Origin: a virus
Taxonomy: Duplodnaviria > Heunggongvirae > Uroviricota > Caudoviricetes
IMG/VR virus record: IMGVR_UViG_3300042465_005697
Coordinates: 92,280 to 149,690 of that record
Length of the DNA: 57,411 nucleotides
Strand: one strand, 5' to 3'
A model generated the notes under the pieces. The model saw only the letters and a list, made by a program, of their open reading frames with translations, was not told where the DNA came from and did no database searches. The position numbers and the translations under genes are program-made. Positions 46,154 through 53,844 of the stretch are shown one piece after another (the stretch's first letter is position 1; every line of letters begins with the position of its first letter).

Positions 46154-47542
46154 ATGCCACACACAATAGAAATAACAGGAGCAACCGGAACACCACCATA
46201 TTCAGTTTATGTATGTGATTCAACATTCACGTATTGTTATCTTATTACAGGATCAACGATAATACCCCCAACATTTATCTTTGATGTTCCATCACCGTTA
46301 GATGTTGCTTCTTCAGTTATTGTTAAGATTGTTGATGCAAATGGTTGTGAAACGTTTGAACCATATTCTTGTCCTCCGACACCAACACCAACACCAACAA
46401 TTACACCCACGCCATCATCAACACCAACGGATCTGTGTTATTGTTTAATGGCGGTTAATTCGTCTATGGTTGCAGGTTCGTTTGATTATATTGATTGTGA
46501 TGGGGCATCACAAAAAAACATACCAGTACCAATTGGTGTGACGTATTATGCTTGTGGTTGGGCACCAACTAATTTAGTAAATGTAAATGTGGGTATTGGG
46601 GACTTATGTTCTTTAAGTAGTTGTGTCCCACCATTACCAAGTATGTCGGCAACACCGACACAAACACCAACTCCAACGGTTACACCTACAATTACCCCAA
46701 CACCTACACAAACACCTTTACCAATTGCCTTTGTAGGTTTTTGGAGAACACTAAACACATCTGGAGGTTCAAGTGGTAGTAATCAAGTTACATTACCATT
46801 AAATTCTTCAGGAACATATAACTTTGTTGTTGATTGGGGTGATGGTGGTCCGACTGACACAATAACCCTTTGGAATGACCCTTTAACGACACACACATAT
46901 GGAGTGTCAGGTGGCTATACAATAACAATTACAGGAGTAATAAATGGTTTTAGATTTAATAACACTGGTGATAGATTAAAACTATTAAATGTAACGCAAT
47001 GGGGACCACTTAATGTTGGTAATTTTGGTAATTATTTTAGAGGTTGTTCAAATTTAGATTTAAGTGGTGTTTCGGATGTTTTAGATATGGTTGGGACAAC
47101 TAATTGCGTTGAGTTCTTTAGAGGTTGTAGTTCATTAACATCTATAAATAATTTAGAGTTTTGGGATGTATCGTCAGTAACACTTATGAACGGTATGTTT
47201 AGTCAATGTACTACGTTTAATCATAATATATCAACTTGGGATGTATCTTCAGTAACAAATATGAATAGTATGTTTGTTGTAAGCACATCATTTGATCAAG
47301 ATCTAGGTTCGTGGGATGTTTCATTAGTAACCACTATGTTATTAATGTTTGGTTCAGTAACATTATCAACACCAAATTACGATTCACTTTTAAATGGTTG
47401 GGCATCACTTGGTGGATCATTACAAAGTGGTGTATCGTTTAACGGAGGAAATTCTGTTTATACGATTGCAACATCCGGTGTTAGTAGAGCATACCTTACT
47501 GGTACCAAATTATGGACAATAAGTGATGGTGGAGGAATTTAA
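46154..47542 (+). CDS. Structural/surface protein: two Pro-Thr tracts plus BspA/DUF285-type repeats
   Basis: TPTPT tracts; VDWGDG; WDVSSVTLMNGMF / WDVSSVTNMNSMF / WDVSLVTTMLLMF repeats; NYDSLLNGW. Confidence 0.8.
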   Translation: MPHTIEITGATGTPPYSVYVCDSTFTYCYLITGSTIIPPTFIFDVPSPLDVASSVIVKIVDANGCETFEPYSCPPTPTPTPTITPTPSSTPTDLCYCLMAVNSSMVAGSFDYIDCDGASQKNIPVPIGVTYYACGWAPTNLVNVNVGIGDLCSLSSCVPPLPSMSATPTQTPTPTVTPTITPTPTQTPLPIAFVGFWRTLNTSGGSSGSNQVTLPLNSSGTYNFVVDWGDGGPTDTITLWNDPLTTHTYGVSGGYTITITGVINGFRFNNTGDRLKLLNVTQWGPLNVGNFGNYFRGCSNLDLSGVSDVLDMVGTTNCVEFFRGCSSLTSINNLEFWDVSSVTLMNGMFSQCTTFNHNISTWDVSSVTNMNSMFVVSTSFDQDLGSWDVSLVTTMLLMFGSVTLSTPNYDSLLNGWASLGGSLQSGVSFNGGNSVYTIATSGVSRAYLTGTKLWTISDGGGI

Positions 47543-47594
47543 ATTTCTTATTTAGTTTTTTAATTAGTTTTTTATTCTTATCTAAAACTAATTA

Positions 47595-48842
47595 ATGAAG
47601 ATTTTTATTCAAATTGCGTCCTATCGTGATCCCCAACTTATACCAACAATTAAAGATTGTATTGAGAAATCAAAAAACCCTGAAAATTTAAGGTTTGGGA
47701 TTTGTAGACAATATCACCCTGAAGATGGTTTTGATAATTTATCCGAGTATGAAAACGATAAACGTTTCCGAATAATTAATATTCCGTATGAAGAATCTAC
47801 GGGAGTATGTTGGGCAAGAAACCAAGTACAACAACTATATAAGGGAGAAAAATATACCCTCCAATTAGATTCTCATATGAGGTTTGATCAGGATTGGGAT
47901 AAGACCTTAATTAAGATGATTAAGGACTTACAAAAGAAAGGACATAAGAAACCATTATTAACGGGTTATGTGTCGTCGTTTGATCCTGAAAATGACCCAC
48001 AGGGAAGAGTTACAGATCCTTGGAGGATGTCCTTTGATAGATTCACACCTGAAGGTGTTGTTTTCTTCTTACCCGAAGTAATTCCAAATTGGAGAGACCT
48101 ATCAGGACCGATCCCGTCAAGATTTTATTCTGCACACTTTGCATTCACATTAGGTGAGTTTTCAAAAGAAGTTCAACACGATCCCGAATATTATTTTCAC
48201 GGAGAAGAAATATCAATTGCGGTAAGAGCATATACTCACGGGTATGATTTATTTCATCCACATAAAGTTGTTATTTGGCATGAATATACTCGTAAAGGTA
48301 GAACCAAACAATGGGACGATGATAAGGAGTGGTATAAGAGAAATGAATCTTGTCATAAAAAGAATAGACAAATATTGGGTATTGATGGTGAAACATATGA
48401 TGGAGATCTTGGTAAATATGGTTTTGGAACTGAACGAACATTAAAAGATTATGAACAATATTCTGGGGTTTTATTCTCAAAACGAGCAGTTCAACAATAC
48501 ACAATTGATAAACAATACCCACCAAATCCACACACATACAAAACAGAAGAAGAATGGTTAGATAGTTTTACATCGGTATTCAAACATTGTATTGATGTGT
48601 CATTTAATAGTGTTCCTGAAACTGATTATGATTTTTGGGTTGTAGCATTTCACAACGAAAAGGATGAAACATTACATAGACAAGATGCCGATGTGAATGA
48701 AATAAACAGAATGAAACAAGACCCTGATGGATATTGTAAAGTATGGAGAGAGTTTAATACAACAGAAAAACCAAAGTATTGGGTTGTTTGGCCACATAGT
48801 TTATCAAAGGGGTGGTGTGATAGAATAACAGGAAATTTATGA
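47595..48842 (+). CDS. GT60-like (Skp1/polypeptide GlcNAc-transferase-like) glycosyltransferase
   Basis: IFIQIASYRDP, GVCWARNQVQQLYKGEKYTLQLDSHMRF, YFHGEEISIAVRAYTHGYDLFHP...WHEY. Confidence 0.8.
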   Translation: MKIFIQIASYRDPQLIPTIKDCIEKSKNPENLRFGICRQYHPEDGFDNLSEYENDKRFRIINIPYEESTGVCWARNQVQQLYKGEKYTLQLDSHMRFDQDWDKTLIKMIKDLQKKGHKKPLLTGYVSSFDPENDPQGRVTDPWRMSFDRFTPEGVVFFLPEVIPNWRDLSGPIPSRFYSAHFAFTLGEFSKEVQHDPEYYFHGEEISIAVRAYTHGYDLFHPHKVVIWHEYTRKGRTKQWDDDKEWYKRNESCHKKNRQILGIDGETYDGDLGKYGFGTERTLKDYEQYSGVLFSKRAVQQYTIDKQYPPNPHTYKTEEEWLDSFTSVFKHCIDVSFNSVPETDYDFWVVAFHNEKDETLHRQDADVNEINRMKQDPDGYCKVWREFNTTEKPKYWVVWPHSLSKGWCDRITGNL

Positions 48843-49576
48843 AGATAGAGGATATACCAAAATTCATAATAAATTTAAAAAGAAGACCCGATAGACTAGA
48901 ATCCATAAAAAAACAAATGGATTATGTTGGTTGGGAATTTGAGGTCTTTGATGCCGTTGATACAAATTCTTATATGGGGTGTGCATTGTCCCATTTAGGG
49001 ATTTTAAGAATTGCTAAAGAAAGAGGGTATAAAAAAGTTATGATTATTGAAGATGATTGTTTTTTTATGCCATACGCTAAAGAATTAATTGATGATTTAA
49101 ATAATGTATTACCAACCTTAGAATATTTTTATTTTAATTTATCCCCAACTTTAAATAGACATATCAATCTATCTGAAATTTCCAACTATATTCTTGATAT
49201 GAAAAATTTACCTGAAAAACAAAATCCAATTTTTAGAGAAATATACGCAACAAATATGGTTATTTATGATTCATTAATATATGATGAAGTTTTTAAAATA
49301 GAAAAAACTAAAGTTGGGAATGGTGATTTTTATTACGCTATTGATGTTTTTATTTTTGATAATATCATAAATAAGTATCCGTCTTATTGCCCGCATATCC
49401 CTTTATGTTGTCAAGGAAATGATCATTCAGATGTTGGTAATGTTATTTATGATACATTTTACACGCAAACTTATAATTGGAACTCATATAGCCCTTGTAA
49501 AATACCTACAAAATTTTTAAACCTAACTGAAAATAAACAAAAAATTAATAACAAAATCTATGAAACCATCTGTTAA
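48839..49576 (+). CDS. Glycosyltransferase family 25-like
   Basis: FIINLKRRPDR...FDAVD...GCALSH...VMIIEDD. Confidence 0.85.
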   Translation: MKIEDIPKFIINLKRRPDRLESIKKQMDYVGWEFEVFDAVDTNSYMGCALSHLGILRIAKERGYKKVMIIEDDCFFMPYAKELIDDLNNVLPTLEYFYFNLSPTLNRHINLSEISNYILDMKNLPEKQNPIFREIYATNMVIYDSLIYDEVFKIEKTKVGNGDFYYAIDVFIFDNIINKYPSYCPHIPLCCQGNDHSDVGNVIYDTFYTQTYNWNSYSPCKIPTKFLNLTENKQKINNKIYETIC

Positions 49577-50444
49577 ATTTATTACCGCAATTTATAGTGA
49601 TTTATTTGGAACAGAACTAGGTGGTAGACCTAATCGGTTTAATCATTATAGATGGAGTTTATTATCACTTTTAAAAATGAGTGATGCTGATTTTGTATGT
49701 TACACTTCCGATAGGGAATATGATAGTTTAATTAAATTTTTCTACGATGAATTTAGTATCCCAAAAAACAAATTGGAGATTAAAATATTTGATATAGCAA
49801 AAACGAGGTATACAAATATTATAAATAAATTTAAAGATGTTGAATTTACAAAAAATGGTGATAGGTGTGTTGAAATACAATTTATGAAATTTGATTGGAT
49901 TTCATTGGAAGATATGACGTATGATTATTATTTTTGGATTGACTCAGGACTTTCACATTGTGGGTTAATTCCAAATAGATATTTGTCTTTAACTGGTAAC
50001 AATAATAGAGGTTATTATGAATCAAAATTATTTAACAATAAATTTTTAGAAAATTTAATTAAAAACACTGGTGATGAATTTACAATAATTGCAAAAGAAA
50101 ACGAAAGAAATTATTGGTCAGCAACTGTAGATAAAACACATTACACAAATTATGATAGAAGTTACCACGTTATTGGTGGGTTATTTGGTGGTAAAAAAGA
50201 ATTGTGGGGTATTATACCTGAAAAATTTAATAACTATGTTAATGTGGTTTTAGAAAATGATAAAAAAATATATCACGAAGAACATATAATGTCATTAATG
50301 TATAGAAATGATGAAGATTTGTTTTATGTGTATGATTTTGATACTTGGTGGCATGATGATGAAAAAATTCAAGGGTTAGATATTATTGAACACACAAAAA
50401 TTAATAAAAGTTTTTATAAAATTTTAGAAGAATTAAACAAATAA
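49560..50444 (+). CDS. HtrL/YibB (WlaTC)-like glycosyltransferase
   Basis: YYFWIDSGLSH, IGGLFGG, EEHIMSL. Confidence 0.7.
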   Translation: MKPSVKFITAIYSDLFGTELGGRPNRFNHYRWSLLSLLKMSDADFVCYTSDREYDSLIKFFYDEFSIPKNKLEIKIFDIAKTRYTNIINKFKDVEFTKNGDRCVEIQFMKFDWISLEDMTYDYYFWIDSGLSHCGLIPNRYLSLTGNNNRGYYESKLFNNKFLENLIKNTGDEFTIIAKENERNYWSATVDKTHYTNYDRSYHVIGGLFGGKKELWGIIPEKFNNYVNVVLENDKKIYHEEHIMSLMYRNDEDLFYVYDFDTWWHDDEKIQGLDIIEHTKINKSFYKILEELNK

Positions 50445-50446
50445 GT

Positions 50447-52126
50447 ATGATAACATTAGTAACAGGTTTATGGGATATAGGTAGAGGAGACCTTGATGAA
50501 GGTTGGTCAAGATCATACCAACATTATTTGGATAAATTCAAAGAGTTGTTAAGTGTAAACAATAACCTCATCATTTTTGGTGATCAAGAGTTAAAAACTT
50601 TTGTGTCTCAACACAGAGATGATAGTAATACCCAATTTATTTTGAGGGATTTAAGTTGGTTTAAAAATAACGAATACTACCCCATCATACAATCAATACG
50701 AACAAACCCAGAATGGTTTAACCAAGTTGGTTGGTTAGGTGGATCAACACAATCAAAATTGGAAATGTATAATCCTTTAGTTATGTCTAAAGTGTTTTTA
50801 CTTAACGATGCAAAGATATTGGATAAGTTTAATTCGGATAAATTGTTTTGGGTTGATGCTGGTTTAACAAATACCGTTCATTCAGGGTATTTTACCCACG
50901 ATAAAGTATTGGATAAAATTGATAAGTTATCTGATAAATTTTTATTTGTTTCTTTCCCATATGATGCGGAAACTGAAGTTCACGGGTTTAACTATAATGA
51001 AATGAAACGACTAACAAATGCAACACCTAATATTGTTTGTCGTGGGGGGTTTTTCGGTGGAGATAAGGATACCATATCACAAATGAATAGTTTGTATTAT
51101 GGTATATTAATGGATACCCTTAAACGGGGATTTATGGGAACAGAAGAAAGTTTATTTACAATCCTTACTTATCAATATCCAAGTTTAATTGATTATTGTG
51201 AAATCAATTCAGATGGTTTAGTATATAAATTTTTTGAGGATGTTAAAGATAATACAACAAATGTTAAAAATTTTAATGTAGAGTTAAAACAAGTTCAAAG
51301 TAATAATGGTTTAGATATTTCAAAAGTTGGTCTTTACGTTATCACATTTAATTCCCCAAAACAGTTTGAAACCTTAATTCAAAGTATGTTAGGTTATGAT
51401 CCTAATTTTATCACACGAACCAAAAAGTTTTTGCTTGATAATTCAACGGACTTAACTACAACACCACGTTATCTTGAACTATGTGAAGAGTATGGTTTTG
51501 AACATATTAAGAAAGTTAATTTAGGTATTTGTGGGGGGAGACAGTTTGTTTCAGACCATTTTAACGATTCTGATTTAGAAGTTGGAATTTTCAGTGAAGA
51601 CGATATGTTTTTTCAAAATAATCCAAATGAAACTTGTAGAAATGGTTTTAATCGTTACACCCCTAACTTATATCAAAAATGTTTGGAGATATTACAAAAA
51701 GAAAACTTTGATATGTTGAAGTTGAATTTTAGTGAATATTTTGGTGATAACTCCACTTGTTGGCCGTGGTATAATACTCCTCAAGATTTCAGACAAAAAC
51801 ATTGGACGAGCAACCCTAAATTACCGGTACAAGGGTTAGACCCTAATGCTCCTTTAACGGAATTTAAAAATATCAAATCACATAAAGGGTTACCTTATGC
51901 GACAGGTGAAATTTACTACTGTAATTGGACTCATTTTTTTACAAAAGAAGGTAATCGTAAAATGTTTCAAGAAACAAAATGGGATAGGCCGTACGAACAA
52001 ACGTGGATGAGCCACATTTATCAAGAAACAATAAAAGGAAAAATTAAATCTGGTTTATTGTTATTAACACCAATAGAACACAATCGCTTCCATCATTACG
52101 CAGCGGAATTAAGAAAAGAAAGTTAA
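50447..52126 (+). CDS. HtrL/YibB-like domain fused to a second GT-A-like domain
   Basis: TLVTGLWDIGR, FWVDAGL, RGGFFGG, GTEESLFT; second half FLLDNS...IFSEDD...RPYEQTW. Confidence 0.7.
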   Translation: MITLVTGLWDIGRGDLDEGWSRSYQHYLDKFKELLSVNNNLIIFGDQELKTFVSQHRDDSNTQFILRDLSWFKNNEYYPIIQSIRTNPEWFNQVGWLGGSTQSKLEMYNPLVMSKVFLLNDAKILDKFNSDKLFWVDAGLTNTVHSGYFTHDKVLDKIDKLSDKFLFVSFPYDAETEVHGFNYNEMKRLTNATPNIVCRGGFFGGDKDTISQMNSLYYGILMDTLKRGFMGTEESLFTILTYQYPSLIDYCEINSDGLVYKFFEDVKDNTTNVKNFNVELKQVQSNNGLDISKVGLYVITFNSPKQFETLIQSMLGYDPNFITRTKKFLLDNSTDLTTTPRYLELCEEYGFEHIKKVNLGICGGRQFVSDHFNDSDLEVGIFSEDDMFFQNNPNETCRNGFNRYTPNLYQKCLEILQKENFDMLKLNFSEYFGDNSTCWPWYNTPQDFRQKHWTSNPKLPVQGLDPNAPLTEFKNIKSHKGLPYATGEIYYCNWTHFFTKEGNRKMFQETKWDRPYEQTWMSHIYQETIKGKIKSGLLLLTPIEHNRFHHYAAELRKES

Positions 52127-52785
52127 ATTAATTTACCACCTTTTTTTAAATTATCAATTGCCCATAGTGGTTGGAGATTTGTATAGTGGCACAAATTATA
52201 AACCTCATCTTCAGTTTTTGCGGAAGATAAAGGTATTATATGGTCTATGTGAATATGCCGACCCATTAAATCCCAAGACATACCTTCAGTAAATTTTTGT
52301 TCTAAATACTCTTTAAGTTGTATCGGAGAACAACCGACAATTTCAAAAGAAGTTTTTGTTTTGTTTTTTAATACTGAATAAATTCTTGTTCGGACATTAA
52401 AAATTAATTTTTTTAATGGATCGGTTTTTCTAAGAGTCTTATTTCTATTGTTGTAGTATTCATTCATTTTTTCTTTATTACGTTCCGACCATTTTTTTGA
52501 AGTTTCTCTATATTTTTCAGCATTTAATAGATACCGTTCTTTAGTTTTTCTATTTAGATCTTCAAAATTTTTTAAATGGTATTCTTTATTATAGTTAGGA
52601 TTTTTATTATACCAATTTTTTATGGTTATTTTTCTTTTTTCAATATTATTTTTTCGATAAACTTTACCTTCAATTTTACGGCATTGTTTACAAGAAGATC
52701 TCAAATTATCTTTAGATGAGTTATTTACACCAAATTCGCAAATCTCTTTTTCTTCCTTACACTTACTACATATCTTTGTTTGCAT
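52123..52785 (-). CDS. Free-standing HNH-type endonuclease with N-terminal zinc finger
   Basis: KICSKCKEEK...SSCKQC; HIDHIIPLSS...CHYTNLQPLWAIDNLKKGGK; same family as 1650..2336. Confidence 0.85.
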   Translation of the reverse strand: MQTKICSKCKEEKEICEFGVNNSSKDNLRSSCKQCRKIEGKVYRKNNIEKRKITIKNWYNKNPNYNKEYHLKNFEDLNRKTKERYLLNAEKYRETSKKWSERNKEKMNEYYNNRNKTLRKTDPLKKLIFNVRTRIYSVLKNKTKTSFEIVGCSPIQLKEYLEQKFTEGMSWDLMGRHIHIDHIIPLSSAKTEDEVYNLCHYTNLQPLWAIDNLKKGGKLI

Positions 52786-52921
52786 AATACTCTTTTAATA
52801 ATTTATTAAGTAATGTTGATTTTTTAACTTTTTCTTTAACCATTCGGTCAAATAAATCACGGTCTAAACTTATCCCAAATTTAACTTTTCTATCTTCTTC
52901 TAATTTTGTTGGTCTTGCCAT
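52766..52921 (-). CDS. 51-aa ribbon-helix-helix (CopG/Arc-like) protein, absent from the ORF track
   Basis: Translated by hand: MARPTKLEEDRKVKFGISLDRDLFDRMVKEKVKKSTLLNKLLKEYYANKDM, ending in TAG. Overlaps the HNH start by 20 nt. Confidence 0.75.
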   Translation of the reverse strand: MARPTKLEEDRKVKFGISLDRDLFDRMVKEKVKKSTLLNKLLKEYYANKDM

Positions 52922-52925
52922 ATTA

Positions 52926-52933
52926 TATAAATA
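52926..52933 (-). promoter_or_regulatory. TATTTATA motif
   Basis: 4 nt upstream of ATG 52921. Confidence 0.55.
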
Positions 52934-52998
52934 TCTCGTTTATTGTTAAAGTTTCACCATAACTAATAATAAATAAAAAATATTTTCCTTTTATCAAG

Positions 52999-53006
52999 TA
53001 TTTATA
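52999..53006 (+). promoter_or_regulatory. TATTTATA motif
   Basis: 14 nt upstream of ATG 53021; divergent from the 52926 copy. Confidence 0.55.
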
Positions 53007-53020
53007 GTAAAAACAATTAA

Positions 53021-53437
53021 ATGGAGTGGTACATAAAGAAAAATGCGACCTTACCGGTTTTAAAAATCCAACCAGTTAAGGATGGTCGTAGTGACTATAA
53101 TAAATTTATGGATATGATCGAAACATCGGCGATTTTCTTTTCTATGGTAAATACTGAAACGGGAATACCCAAGATCACAACAAGGGCGGCAGGGTTTGTT
53201 GAAAAAATACAACTTGAACCAAATGCAACACCCGAATATTATATCTATTATAAATTTACATCAAGGGATACAAATAAGGTTGGTAGATACGAAGGTCAAT
53301 TCTTATTAAGAAATGATGAAGGAACATTAATTTTACCGATCAGAGAACAATTATTTATCAACATTCAAGAAAGTTTTATTGCTGATGACTTACCATATGA
53401 AAGTTGTTATGTTATTGAATTTCCTTGTTGTAATTAA
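53021..53437 (+). CDS. Small beta-rich structural protein (possibly BppU-N-like)
   Basis: MEWYIKKNATLPVL...VGRYEGQF...ILP pattern; weak match. Confidence 0.5.
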   Translation: MEWYIKKNATLPVLKIQPVKDGRSDYNKFMDMIETSAIFFSMVNTETGIPKITTRAAGFVEKIQLEPNATPEYYIYYKFTSRDTNKVGRYEGQFLLRNDEGTLILPIREQLFINIQESFIADDLPYESCYVIEFPCCN

Positions 53438-53458
53438 AAACATTTACTAAAATCGGTA

Positions 53459-53466
53459 TATTTATA
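53459..53466 (+). promoter_or_regulatory. TATTTATA motif
   Basis: 30 nt upstream of ATG 53497, with an A-rich leader. Confidence 0.5.
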
Positions 53467-53496
53467 TAAAAACATAAAACAAACAAAACAAAAAAA

Positions 53497-53733
53497 ATGA
53501 AAGTAGAAATTGCAAACCCAAAAACTATGGTTGTTGTTGCTGAACAAACAAAAACATTTAACTCATTAACAATTAGACGTATGGTTGATTTCCCAGGACA
53601 AAAAAAGGTTATCGTTCATATTGAGGAAGCAAACGAACCTGTTGTATTATGGGAAGGTGCAGCATATGACGCTATTGGTGAATGGACAAATGCTGATGTT
53701 ATTGCAAAATTAAACACACTTTACACGGCATAA
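53497..53733 (+). CDS. Small hypothetical protein
   Basis: 78-aa ORF with its own motif upstream and a hairpin downstream. Confidence 0.7.
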   Translation: MKVEIANPKTMVVVAEQTKTFNSLTIRRMVDFPGQKKVIVHIEEANEPVVLWEGAAYDAIGEWTNADVIAKLNTLYTA

Positions 53734-53742
53734 GAAATATTT

Positions 53743-53779
53743 AATATCCCCCGATGTTATTTAATGTTGGGGGGATATT
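53743..53779 (+). terminator. Strong stem-loop, probable terminator
   Basis: AATATCCCCC...GGGGGATATT 10-bp stem with GU-rich extension; the T tract lies about 11 nt further on. Confidence 0.55.
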
Positions 53780-53823
53780 GATAACTAACCTTTTTTAGAA
53801 TATATTTAAGTGTATAAGGTAAA

Positions 53824-53840
53824 TGTCGGCAAGTACGACA
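53824..53840 (+). promoter_or_regulatory. Small hairpin in the DNA polymerase leader
   Basis: TGTCG-gcaagta-CGACA, 4 nt upstream of ATG 53845. Confidence 0.4.
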
Positions 53841-53844
53841 GATA

